Source: Fimbriosthenelais zetlandica
Taxonomy: Eukaryota
Reading direction: 5' to 3'
DNA length: 64,000 nt
Assembly (NCBI GenBank): GCA_977030845.1
Contig: OZ365116.1
Location: 19,716,001-19,780,000 of the forward strand
Made by a program: the position numbers and the translations under genes. Shown in pieces: positions 1 through 10,230 of this stretch; the stretch's first letter is position 1; the number at the start of each line of letters is the position of its first letter. Below the pieces are notes generated by a model, which saw nothing but the letters and a program-made list of their open reading frames with translations, was not told the DNA's origin and made no database searches.

Positions 1-410
1 AACTCTTTGCTGAGGTCTATCTCGACACCCAGCTGTCATTTCTAGGAAGGAGACTGAAAAGTTCCATAATCTAAGCATAGATGTTTTGCTCAGTGAATAG
101 GTAGAGAAACTTCCTATCACAGGTCTAGCATGCCTTCTAACCATTTAGAAAGGAAAGCCTTGCTGGAGAAGCTGTCTATCTAGACAGCTCGCTCCTTTCC
201 TTCCTGTTAATCTTTCTAACCTTTCCCAAATGACTGACGTTCAATTAACAGCAGATGAGACCCCCATATCATCCTTGCATGCACAATGATAGGTCCCTGG
301 CTTATATTACAGGGAAATATTTACAGTTAACACACAAAAAACCTCCTGTCAAATGAAGCTAGTAGCCTATCATACGAACAGGAAAACCTCAAACATATGA
401 CAGGCGTAAA

Positions 411-468
411 AACATGATTACATAGTGCTGTCACAAGTAACTGTCAACATGATTACATAGCACTGTCA
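411..468. repeat. Short imperfect direct repeat (aacatgattacatag..ctgtca x2, 35-bp period)
   Basis: Copies at 411-433 and 446-468. Confidence 0.8.
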
Positions 469-1049
469 TTTTAACCTTCAGGTACTGCAGTGGTATCTTA
501 ACTTTTCTCCTATATTTTGACCTGAATAGGCGATTACTGCACCTAGAAGTATTAACATCAGTTCTATTTCTTCTCTCTAAAACTCATTCCTTGCTCATGT
601 ATACGTAGTAGTGTATCCTTTTCACCTCCCTGTCAGGTGGAATTAGTATAGTGATCCCTATCGACTGCCTCAAGCTCCAGCAATAGATACTGAACCTTGA
701 CATACCCGTGTTTATTTACAGAATTGTTCCCGTTTTTAAACATCTACATGTCACTCATGGGCGTTTCAAATGTCCCCTGACAAGACACCTGTCAGTTGTT
801 GCCACAACTGTCTTGGAATGCAAAGAAATGGTGGCAGAATTTCTGGGATTTTTCCATTCTTAATCTATAATATTCTTTTGGATATACCACTGTAAGTTCT
901 GCAATTGATAGCTGCCCGAGGAATGACCTGAGAAAAAGCAAGATAATCTCCTGGTTTTTGGGAGGATTCTTCCAGAAATTGAGAATTCCTCTTGAAATCG
1001 AGCTGACATGTATTAAAAAGCCGAGGGAAATAGGGCTGTCAGCCTCCTG

Positions 1050-1063
1050 CTGCCATCTGCTGG
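1050..1063 (-). promoter_or_regulatory. CTCF-type core motif CCAGCAGATGGCAG
   Basis: 14/14 match to the CCASYAGRKGGCRS consensus; motif match only. Confidence 0.45.
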
Positions 1064-1654
1064 ACCACTAAGATAACCCACCTACTCCACCCTCTGTATA
1101 ATTGGCCTGAATATCTTTTATATCCAAGGTTAAACATGATGACCTTTTCCTCCCTCTCAGCTGATTTATTGAAGGTATTTGACTTAAGATGAAGAGGATG
1201 CATCATTTGACAAGCGATTGATGGTGAAAGCCACTTATAAATAAAGCAGATTCAAAGCATTTCTTGCATTTTGTTGACTATATGTATCACATCTTATGAT
1301 AATGATATAAAATCATTTTATAAGCAGCTCCTGTCCACTCAATGAGCAAACTGTTCCTTTCTTAACCAAGTATTAGTTTATGATCTACTCTAAAATGTAA
1401 TTGAAAGGGAAAATATATAACGTATCCTATATGATTGCATAAATATTATATTCATTTCTATAATGAAACATTTTAATCCTAAAATCTATATCAACTTTAG
1501 TTATTGGCTAGATGGAATGACATGGTGATGATGGTGTCCTCGTAGTCGCAAATGATGAACAGAAACACTAATAACTTAAAGAGAGAACTGAAAATGAATT
1601 CAAATGAAAATTAAACGAAGAGAACTCAAACTCAGGCAAAGGTGAACTACTCAC

Positions 1655-1729
1655 ATTAGTATTGAGCTGACCGGACAACGAGCCCACTTTTTCTTGCGCA
1701 CTCTCAAGTTCCTTTCGCAATTTGAGAAT
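1655..1729 (-). CDS. NAV2-like (sick/unc-53): NAV coding exon, 75 nt; coiled coil ILKLRKELESAQEKVGSLSGQLNTN
   Basis: Acceptor tgattcttccttgcag|ATT, donor AAT|gtgagt; phase 0-0. Strong resemblance to the NAV coiled coil (IRKLRRELESSQEKVATLTSQL type). Confidence 0.9.
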
Positions 1730-1780
1730 CTGCAAGGAAGAATCAGAGAATCTAGCCTCACACCACTGACCAACCAACTG

Positions 1781-1920
1781 AAGGTGAAGAGGTAAAGGAG
1801 AAGCAGGAAAAGAAGAGAGAAAGGAAGATGAGGAAGGGGAAGCGGAGAAAGGGGATGGAGACAAAGGAGAGGAGGAGGAAGAGGGAAGATGAGAATGCAA
1901 GACGAAGAAAAGCGGCAAAG
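1781..1920. repeat. GA-rich homopurine low-complexity tract (pyrimidine tract on the NAV sense strand)
   Basis: Almost exclusively A/G on the + strand; similar tracts at about 18060-18400 and 59543-59720. Confidence 0.85.
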
Positions 1921-4906
1921 AATTGACTATATAGATAGCTGTAGGATATTATAATACACATATCACTTTGGTAATAACATTCAAGACCAAGACCAAAAAT
2001 TAAAGCTCTACAAGTAGGAACATCTTCCATTTCATGAAGCCTCAAGAAGCAGACTTTAAGAGAGCAAGGTTATCTTTTGTGGAATATAAAGCGAGGTATG
2101 ATATCGAACTAGAGAAGCTTTACAACTCGAAACATACACCATTTAATTTTCTTTTTGGGGAAAAGGAGGACAACAAAGAGGAGCACGGTGCTGTTACAAC
2201 ATCATATAATTAGATGTCACGTTTAAGCAGAAGCCCTTTAGTTAAATATGTCAAAAGATAAATGTATTTTCCCTGGATCTAAACTGACCCACCCACAATA
2301 ATTTCTTTTATGTATATTGAAAATTTGCCCAGGTGGATTAAAGTCGTTATGGTGATTAAAACCAGTTGACATTTCTGCAGAAACAGTTAGTTTTTTCACG
2401 TAACATTCACGGCACAAACACAACAAAGCATGCATAATTAGATAATGGGTGTTTAAAGCCTTCTATGGGGACAGCTGGTGTGAAAATCAAACCTGATTTG
2501 TTTTTGGTGTCTCAGTATATGAGTGTCAATTCCATTGAAATGTTGATTGGAGACTATTTCAGTTTTCCTTCCTCTGGGAAGGAAACTTAAGATCGAAAAA
2601 GATACAGGTCTCCACATCATGATGAAAGCCAATACAATTAATTTAAAAGCATATATGTATTTTCCGTCTTTCAATAACATTTTAGAGAAAAGATTTTGTA
2701 TCCAGAAGGTTCTGAAATACAAATTTAACGATGACACGACAGTAGACAAATTCATGCACCTGGATTGGAACAAAGCTTTCATTTCGAGTTTCAGGAGATT
2801 CAAAACATTAGGTTTTCAATTCGAATTAGCAGTACCGAAATTCGGTCTGAGCATTGTGAACAATTAGCTGGCCAATACAATTTTGACAAAGGACTATAGC
2901 AAGTCTAGCTTTGCATAGGTGATGCCAGTAGTATAGGGCCCGACTGTAGATTACATCATCAGAAAGCTCTGAAAAGCTCGCCCATCACAGTTCTACAGCT
3001 GCCCATAAACAACTCAGCACATTTTCCAACTTTCCTAAACCTTTTTATCAGCCCTGATTGGATTCCCACATGTTTTATCGGTGTAGATAGGGTGAAAGCT
3101 ACACCTGAGTATGTACCTACTCCTATCTACCTGTCACTCTGGTATCTCAGGTAGATCAGGCGGCCACATACCGGTGCCGACTGGCGTCTTTCTCTGCACC
3201 TGTCTGCCCAATCACCCTCAACTTTACTCTGCCCCTTCCTCCCCTCCAGAAAAAATATCATAAAGCACCACCCCGGCTATCCCACTGGTCCGGCTATTTT
3301 TACCTCTTAGGAGAGAAAAATAACATGAAAGAGTTTTATTGACAAATGATTTTGTACCCCAAGCATTGGTTGTCATGTTTTAGATGAGATATCTCCCCTT
3401 GAGGGATTTGGTAAAAAATAGACTTCACATCAGTTGAATTGATGATGGCCTGCTTAGATGATTGATTAGAGAAGACAGAATTAGATGAATTTAACTCTAC
3501 TCCCTCTATCACAATTTTGTCAAGATCAGAGGAGAAATATAAGCAAAATACTTTTAAACAGTTATTTTACTTTTCATGAAGACAGGTGGATCCATTTTAA
3601 AGATGATGGTCATAACCAAAATTTATGGCCAAGTTAAGATTAAGATTTGTAAGCATCCCAGACAGATTCTTGTATAATCTTAGTATATAGCTAAACCAAT
3701 GTGAAAGACCTAATATTTTTAACACACTAGCAGCAGACTACTGGAAATATAATATACAGTATGCAGAATATCTACTCCCCATGTTGCCTTGATAACGATG
3801 TTAAGGTGCCAACTTTAGCACCTGCTTAATAGATAGCACTGGGGAGTCCAATCTAGAAAGAAAAAATATCACTTCCACGTGTATTAAGACGTTGGCTCAG
3901 ACAAAACTCATTTTTCCTTGTATTTGTAACCTTTTAAACATTCTTTTTTGGTTGGATGTGCGTCTTCATGTTCAGAGGCTATCTGACCCACCCATAACTA
4001 CCAGTCTCTGCAGGGGGTCACCCAATGGGGTATCGCCTCATGAATATTCATATTTGAGTAGGCGATTTTATAGGCGACATGACGGTCAGGAGACCCCGAA
4101 ATGTCCCTAATTCTGGCATAAAGAATTATAGAATTATGGCATAAACTTGGTACCAACATTTATGTAAAATGACAAGTAATAAATAGGATAATTGTGCTTT
4201 ACTTGGGGACAAAATCATTAGGAAATTGAAAAATCATTGTGGATATTTTTCAACTAAAGTTTTCAGGGATAAATTATCAGTTAAATATAGGTATAGTAGA
4301 CAGGTAGACGAAAGTAAAGACAAAGTAAAATACTAATACTACTCTTATCACTCAACAGATGGGATATAATGAAACGAAAGACATTTGTTAAAACAATAAT
4401 GGTATCTTAAAGAACATGCTACGAAATTAAGTAGAAACGAAAATCGAGTATTTATAAGTCAACATGTCCCTTCACCAGGAGGTCGTTTTGTATATATGTG
4501 CGGAATATGATAGGAAATACTGCAGTTTCCTTATTAGCAATCAAGCCCAGATACATCCAGCACTTTTACCAAAGAAAAGTATGAAAAACTAGTTGATGGC
4601 CACGAGAATGCAAAGGAAAGGCCACCAGAGATATGTCAGCAGTGCTCCCCCCCTCCATGTCCAGTATGTTAAAGTGCGAAAGTTAAGTTAACCCCGCGAA
4701 AGAGGTTAACCCCGCAAACAACTGGGAAGAGTCCATCAATTCACCATTAAATACATGTAAACCTTGGGAGAAATCCGATATCAACCAGATATCAAAATGG
4801 CTGGGCAATTATCATCCAAATTAATATCTAGCTGAAATATAAATGAACTGAAAATACAGGTTTCCATATAGACTTTTTTAAAGATATTAAATTAAACTGG
4901 CCCTAC

Positions 4907-4930
4907 CTCCGCAGCTGCCTTTTCGTCCGC
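4907..4930 (-). CDS. NAV2-like (sick/unc-53): NAV 24-nt micro-exon: ADEKAAAE
   Basis: Acceptor poly-T+acag|GCG, donor GAG|gtaggg; phase 0-0. Fills the AEEK...E segment expected between ...YST and I.KLR.EL. Confidence 0.85.
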
Positions 4931-5058
4931 CTGTAAAAAAAAATATTGGAAAACAATTAGGCCTGAGAAACTTCCGACAGTAAAAAGAATTTTGGATTTT
5001 TTTGTTACTTAAGATTTATTTAGAGATGAAGTTGTAAAAATAATAATGAATGCCTTAC

Positions 5059-5111
5059 CGTCGAGTAGGCTGAAGAACAGCTTGACACCAGGGATAAGGC
5101 TGAACCATGAA
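5059..5111 (-). CDS. NAV2-like (sick/unc-53): NAV coding exon, 53 nt: (I)HGSALSLVSSCSSAYST
   Basis: Not in the ORF track. Acceptor tttctttcttctttcacag|TT, donor ACG|gtaagg; phase 1 in, phase 0 out. Matches the HGS.LSL.SS.SS.YS motif that precedes the first NAV coiled coil. Confidence 0.9.
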
Positions 5112-5635
5112 CTGTGAAAGAAGAAAGAAACGTGTAAAAAAGTGTAAAAACAAGATTTAAAAGAACATGAGAAGGTATCAGTATTCAGGGAAAGATTGAA
5201 TAAAGATAATATTTATTAAGTTTTATAGCATCCAGATTCTACAGGAGAAGGCCCTGCAGTTGCTTGACGCTAGTTTGGATCCTAGCCACAAGCTGGCAGC
5301 GCTGCTAGCACTGAGCAAGCTTACACAGTCAAGGATTGGGAACTGGCAATATTCTCTCATTTTAATATCAGAACGAATTAAATATGACCCTAATTAAAAT
5401 AGGTTAGGGACAGCTATCGTCCTCACATACAGCCGGGCAAAGAATAGGCCTACAAAATGAGGGCCAAAAAAGATTTTATTTCCCCAAAAACGGTTCCCAT
5501 AGCTATGACTATGAACTTTCGACTATTTAATGACTATTGCTAGACTTCCCTTGAACATTAAAACTGACATTTGCACATTGCTTGACTTCCCCCTATCATT
5601 CTGTAGGCCTATAATTCCTACCCAGATCAAATTTT

Positions 5636-6559
5636 AATTGGGACATTAAGAAGGCAATTCCTTTTATTTATTTCCAATATTTCGCAAAGAAATGTGTCTA
5701 GCAATGACCCAAATTGGCACAATTCAGTGTTCCATTCATAATCAAGGCCCTTAATTAGAAATAACAGTGTAAATCACTGGGATGTTCCCTAGAATCTAAA
5801 GCGGGCTGCTGAGCACCAAGTACGCCACCGTCGGCAAATACAGTAACTAAGCGTCATAACAAGGTGTCGCATGGGGAAAGTTGCCACGATATTTTCAAAC
5901 GTTAAACCTTCCTCATTACATCAACCCTTTGGGCCATAGAAAGAATAAATCACAATTAGTAATTTCCACTAATGATTAGATCTGGATTGTCGTTAATTAA
6001 AGAGATAGAGAGCCTGGAACACCGGGAGCCGGCCAGAGACGCCGGTAGTTCCCAATAATCCCTGGTGGCGGCGTCGTGGTCGGCGCCCCAATGAACACAA
6101 TTGGGACATTAAGAAGACAATTCCTTTTATTTATTTCGAATATTTCGCATAGAAATGTCTAGCAATGACCCAAATTGGCAAATTTCAGTATTTTAGTCAT
6201 AATCAGAGGCTTTAAATTAGAAATAACAGTGTAAATCACTGGGATGTTCCCTAGAATCTAAAGCGGGCTGCTGAGCACCAAGTACGCCACCATCGGCAAA
6301 ACAGTAACGAAGCGTCACAACAAGGTGTCCCTGGGGGAAAAGTTGCCATGAGATTTTCAAATATTAAACCTTCCTCAATGCATTAACCCTTTGGGCCATA
6401 GAAAGAATAAATCACAATTAGTAATTTCCACTAATGATTAGATCTGGATTGCCGTTAATTAAAGAGATAGAGGGCCTGGAACACCGGGGAGCCGGCCAGA
6501 GACGCCGGTAGTTCCCAATAATCCCTGGTGGCGGCGTCGTGGTCGGCGCGCCTATGAAC
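5636..6559. repeat. Head-to-tail tandem duplication, unit about 463 bp (5636-6098 and 6099-about 6559)
   Basis: Both units start aattgggacattaagaa and end ggtggcggcgtcgtggtcggcgc..atgaac; collinear with scattered substitutions and 1-bp indels. Confidence 0.95.
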
Positions 6560-7887
6560 CCTTTGACAAATACCGCAGGAAAAGAATGATGATGGAAGTT
6601 ACTTTTACGGCGCTTCTGTTATTCTTATCCATTAAATGGACGTCCCATCCGTTCACTGATACTCATATACAGTGAGATCTCACAGGATTCCATTGGATTT
6701 TGAACTAATTGACCCACAAACTTCAAAGCTATGTCGGGCTATTTTAGAAAAAGAAATCAGTCCACGATTTCTATGAAAAAACATAATTTCCAATAAATAG
6801 GCCTAAAATGTCTGTGCAGCAACTGTCATTAACTGTCACCACCACCACCACCCCCCACTACCACCAATTCAAGGAAATTACAGCCCTCATGAGGTGGCAA
6901 TATCATCCCCTAGCTGGATTTCTAAAAAAAATATGATTAGGCCTTATTAGAAAGTTCTGAATTGAGCTACTCCACTCTGTTAATCTATCCATTCCTATAG
7001 AAGCATCATGCCCCACGCACTTGCATTAAGATGAATATCTTTCAAGGATTAAAACATTTAAACACTGAAATGAACTCAACATCAATTAGACAGAACGAAA
7101 ACCACTTAAAGCTCTTTTCGGACAAAAAACCCTTCGTAATGTTTTTTCACACGCACTCAACCCCCTCCCCTTAATAAAAGACATTTACACGTTTCACTCC
7201 AAGAATTCAGATCATTCAATCAATGGCTAAATAGATTTTGTTTTAATTAAGAACTCTCTATATAATTATCCAGTCAAATACTCTTCATCCAAAGACTCTT
7301 CATATGTTCAATGTGCATGAAAAAAAAAATAAAACACACATCCATCCCTGACCACACATAGGAGATAGGCCTACTAAAGTTCCTGGGCACATTAAACATG
7401 AATCTGAAGCATATCTCCTCAAACTAACACCCTTCATCACTCCATGTCCTCGTCTGAACCTGGACATCTCTCACACTTTATTAGCATTTTATCTACAGGC
7501 CTGAGGAAATAGGCTGCTGCTGCATCTCACATTTTACATGTACTACTTTTATGCCACACTCACCTTTCCAGGCAAATATTCTACGGTCGCACTTGGAGCT
7601 AGTGCTGAAATTTATTTCTTATATTTTGTTCACTTTTTTACCATCAAACCCTGGCTCCTACCCTTTCTTCATTCACTTACTCATCCTCTCATCCAATCCC
7701 TCGTGTACACTCCCATTCTCACTCAGTCTCACTCACTCCTTCAATCACCAAGTTACTCTCACTTATAATTTTACTCTCCAACACTTTCACTCACTTGCTA
7801 CCCCAAATAATATACAAACACTCGATCACTCAATCCTCTCTTTTTTCGTTCATCATGTATACTTTTCATTATGATTGTTTCTTCAAT

Positions 7888-7949
7888 ATTCATTCATTCA
7901 TTCATTCATTCATTCATTCATTCATTCATTCATTCATTCATTCATTCAT
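7888..7949. repeat. (ATTC)n tetranucleotide microsatellite, about 15 copies
   Basis: Direct reading of the cattcattcatt run. Confidence 0.95.
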
Positions 7950-8060
7950 CATTCAGCACATACTCACTTTATCAAACAGTAACCTTTCAATTCAAACAAT
8001 GACCTCTCCATTCAGTCAAATCCCCCCACACAACACCCTTTCCCCACTCGCTCTCCAATA

Positions 8061-8467
8061 GACACACAGCAGAGCGTCTGCTGCAGGTGTGAAAGCTAAA
8101 GCCTGTCCAGTCCTCGAACCTACTACCAGCTACTCCCACCCCAAACTACTGCCAACTAAACTACATGCCCCCTCCCCCCTCCAATGGTCAAAACCGAGCC
8201 TCAGCTACTCCCACCCCAAAACTACCCCCCCCCCCCCCCCCCCCCACCACTACCTCTGGAATGGACACAATCGAGTGGCTGCTGCAGGTGTGAAAGCTAA
8301 GGCCCGTCCTGTGCCTCGAACCTCTCACTAACTACGATCAATAACACCCCCCCCCCCACACCCTCAACCAACTATAGTACCCCCAACTAACCCTCCCCAT
8401 GCAATAGGCACACGGCAGAGCGTCTGCTGTAGGCGTGAAAGCTAAGGCCCGTCCTGTGCCTCAAACC
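8061..8467. repeat. Three diverged copies of a ~42-bp core gctgcaggtgtgaaagctaaggcccgtcctgtgcctcgaacc separated by C-rich spacers
   Basis: Cores at 8080-8120, 8281-8322 and 8426-8467; copies 1 and 3 also share upstream gcagagcgtct. Confidence 0.9.
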
Positions 8468-10230
8468 CACCACCAGTTAATCACAACCCCCCAACTCTTA
8501 GCTTTTACCTGGAGCTTGCTTCACTGAGTATGGATATACCATATTTTATAAACTGGTAGCCATTTATCGCACCGATCTTACATTATAGCTTTTAATAACC
8601 AAAACAAGTAGCCAATTTCGTACCCAACTGCAAGGCAATAGTCGCCAAACCAAAATTGTATTCTGAATTGGCGACAAATGCGAACGGTAGCTGGAGCCCT
8701 GCTTTCATCAATATACCTTTCATTACCGTGTTCTTTCTCTCACAATACCATTCATTCATTCACACGTCCATTCATTCATAGTCATACATTAATTCATTTA
8801 GTCATACATTAATTAATTTATTCACTCATTCATTCATTCATTCAATGTCATCTATTCGCATTCGCATGATCACCTTGCCATTACCATTTAATTTCTAATG
8901 TCATTTTCCATCTTTTCTTCTTCCATGTACACTCCCCGACACTCACCCCATATCACTCACTCGTCCAATTCTTACTCACTACCGGTAACTCACAGCATGC
9001 TCACAGTCTCAGTATTACTCATGAACTTACACACTCACTAACGCACACTAAAATCAATATACTCACTCTGTCACTCATTTATTCACTCACTCCTTATTGT
9101 CACTCAGTCAATCAGATACACATTAACTCTCATTCCAACTCACTGATGCCTTCATTCACCCACTGATTCAAAATCACGCACATTCAGTCACTCATTTATA
9201 CACACACTGCCTCATTGCTTTCTCCTTGAATTTATTATTTTATTTAAGTACGATACGCTTCTCATTTTTATGCTTCTTCATTATTTAATAGGTTCATTGA
9301 TTCATTGATAGGTTCATTGATTCATGTATTCATTCATGTATTCATTCATGTATTCATTCATTCATTCATTCATTCATTCATTCATGTATTCATTCATTCC
9401 TCTAATTTATCATTTGGTGGACATTCAAACAAATACCATTCAATTTCTTTTATTCGGTAAGTTTCTTCCATCCAAGCCTCCATCCTTCAGTCACTTACTC
9501 ATTCATTCACTCACACCTTCATGTTCAGTCCCACTCAATCAGTCTCACTCACTCGTTAAAGAACACCTTCACTCACTCAAAAATTCACTCACCAACTCAT
9601 ACTCAAATCCACATACTCACTTTGTCAAACACTCCTTGATTCTCTAATAGGCTCATTCATTCATTCATTCATTCATTCATTCATTCATTCACTTTTTATT
9701 AGCTCCTTTCCCTTCAGTCAGATTCCATTCAATTTCTTGGTGGACATTCAAACAAATACCATTTAATTTCTTTTATTCGGTAAGTTTATTATCATCCATC
9801 CAAGCCTCCATCCTTCAGTCATTTGCTCATTCATTCACTTACTAACTCTCAGCTTCACTCTCTCACTCACTCTAAAATCCACACTCACTCTGTCACTGGC
9901 GGATCCAGGATATGGATATGGAAAGGAAGTTCCAACCTTGTTGCTCAACAAAATTTACTATTTGAGTGACAAACAATCCCTGGATCCACCCTCACTTAAT
10001 CACTCCCAGGCTCACTCTCTCATCAGCCCTCAATCTTACGCATTTTTATTCATTCCCTCATTATTAACCCTCAATCTTACTCATTTTAATCACTCTCTCA
10101 TTCATCCTCAATCTTACGCATTTTTATTCATTCCCTCATTTAAATTCACTTGCATTCACTAAGGCACTCATTCATACATTACTTTCTCAGAAATTGATTC
10201 TGAACTGCAATAAGGATAAAGGTAACTTAC

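Larger units (their letters stand above)
7540..10180. repeat. Composite CATT/CACT-rich low-complexity block with nested duplications
   Basis: Further (CATT)n runs at about 8750-8845, 9290-9400 and 9652-9690; near-identical ~100-bp segments at 9414-9515 and 9737-9845; short duplication at 10021-10140; 21-C run at 8225-8245. Confidence 0.85.

Noticed and set aside
1-1654. Search for the next NAV exon (A..V.AFEQSL-like)
   Set aside because: No phase-0 exon with that motif was found; the acceptor-like site near 55 gives an immediate stop.
2453-2867. Overlapping 106- and 116-aa ORFs on opposite strands
   Set aside because: No recognisable domain, AT-rich intronic composition, no splice or promoter support.
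8061-8467. CRISPR-like repeat-spacer appearance
   Set aside because: Intron of an animal gene, only three diverged repeats, long unequal low-complexity spacers, no cas genes.
8641-8701. Inverted gtcgccaa/ttggcgac pair and a terminal ctggagccctg resembling a hAT MITE end
   Set aside because: No partner TIR or target-site duplication found.
7860-9700. Large YCAY (Nova/Pasilla-type) cluster
   Set aside because: The YCAY words are on the + strand; the NAV pre-mRNA is the - strand, so it does not carry them.
7538-10162. Many 70-107 aa ORFs rich in H, S, F and I
   Set aside because: Translations of (CATT)n/(CACT)n repeats, which lack stop codons in some frames.
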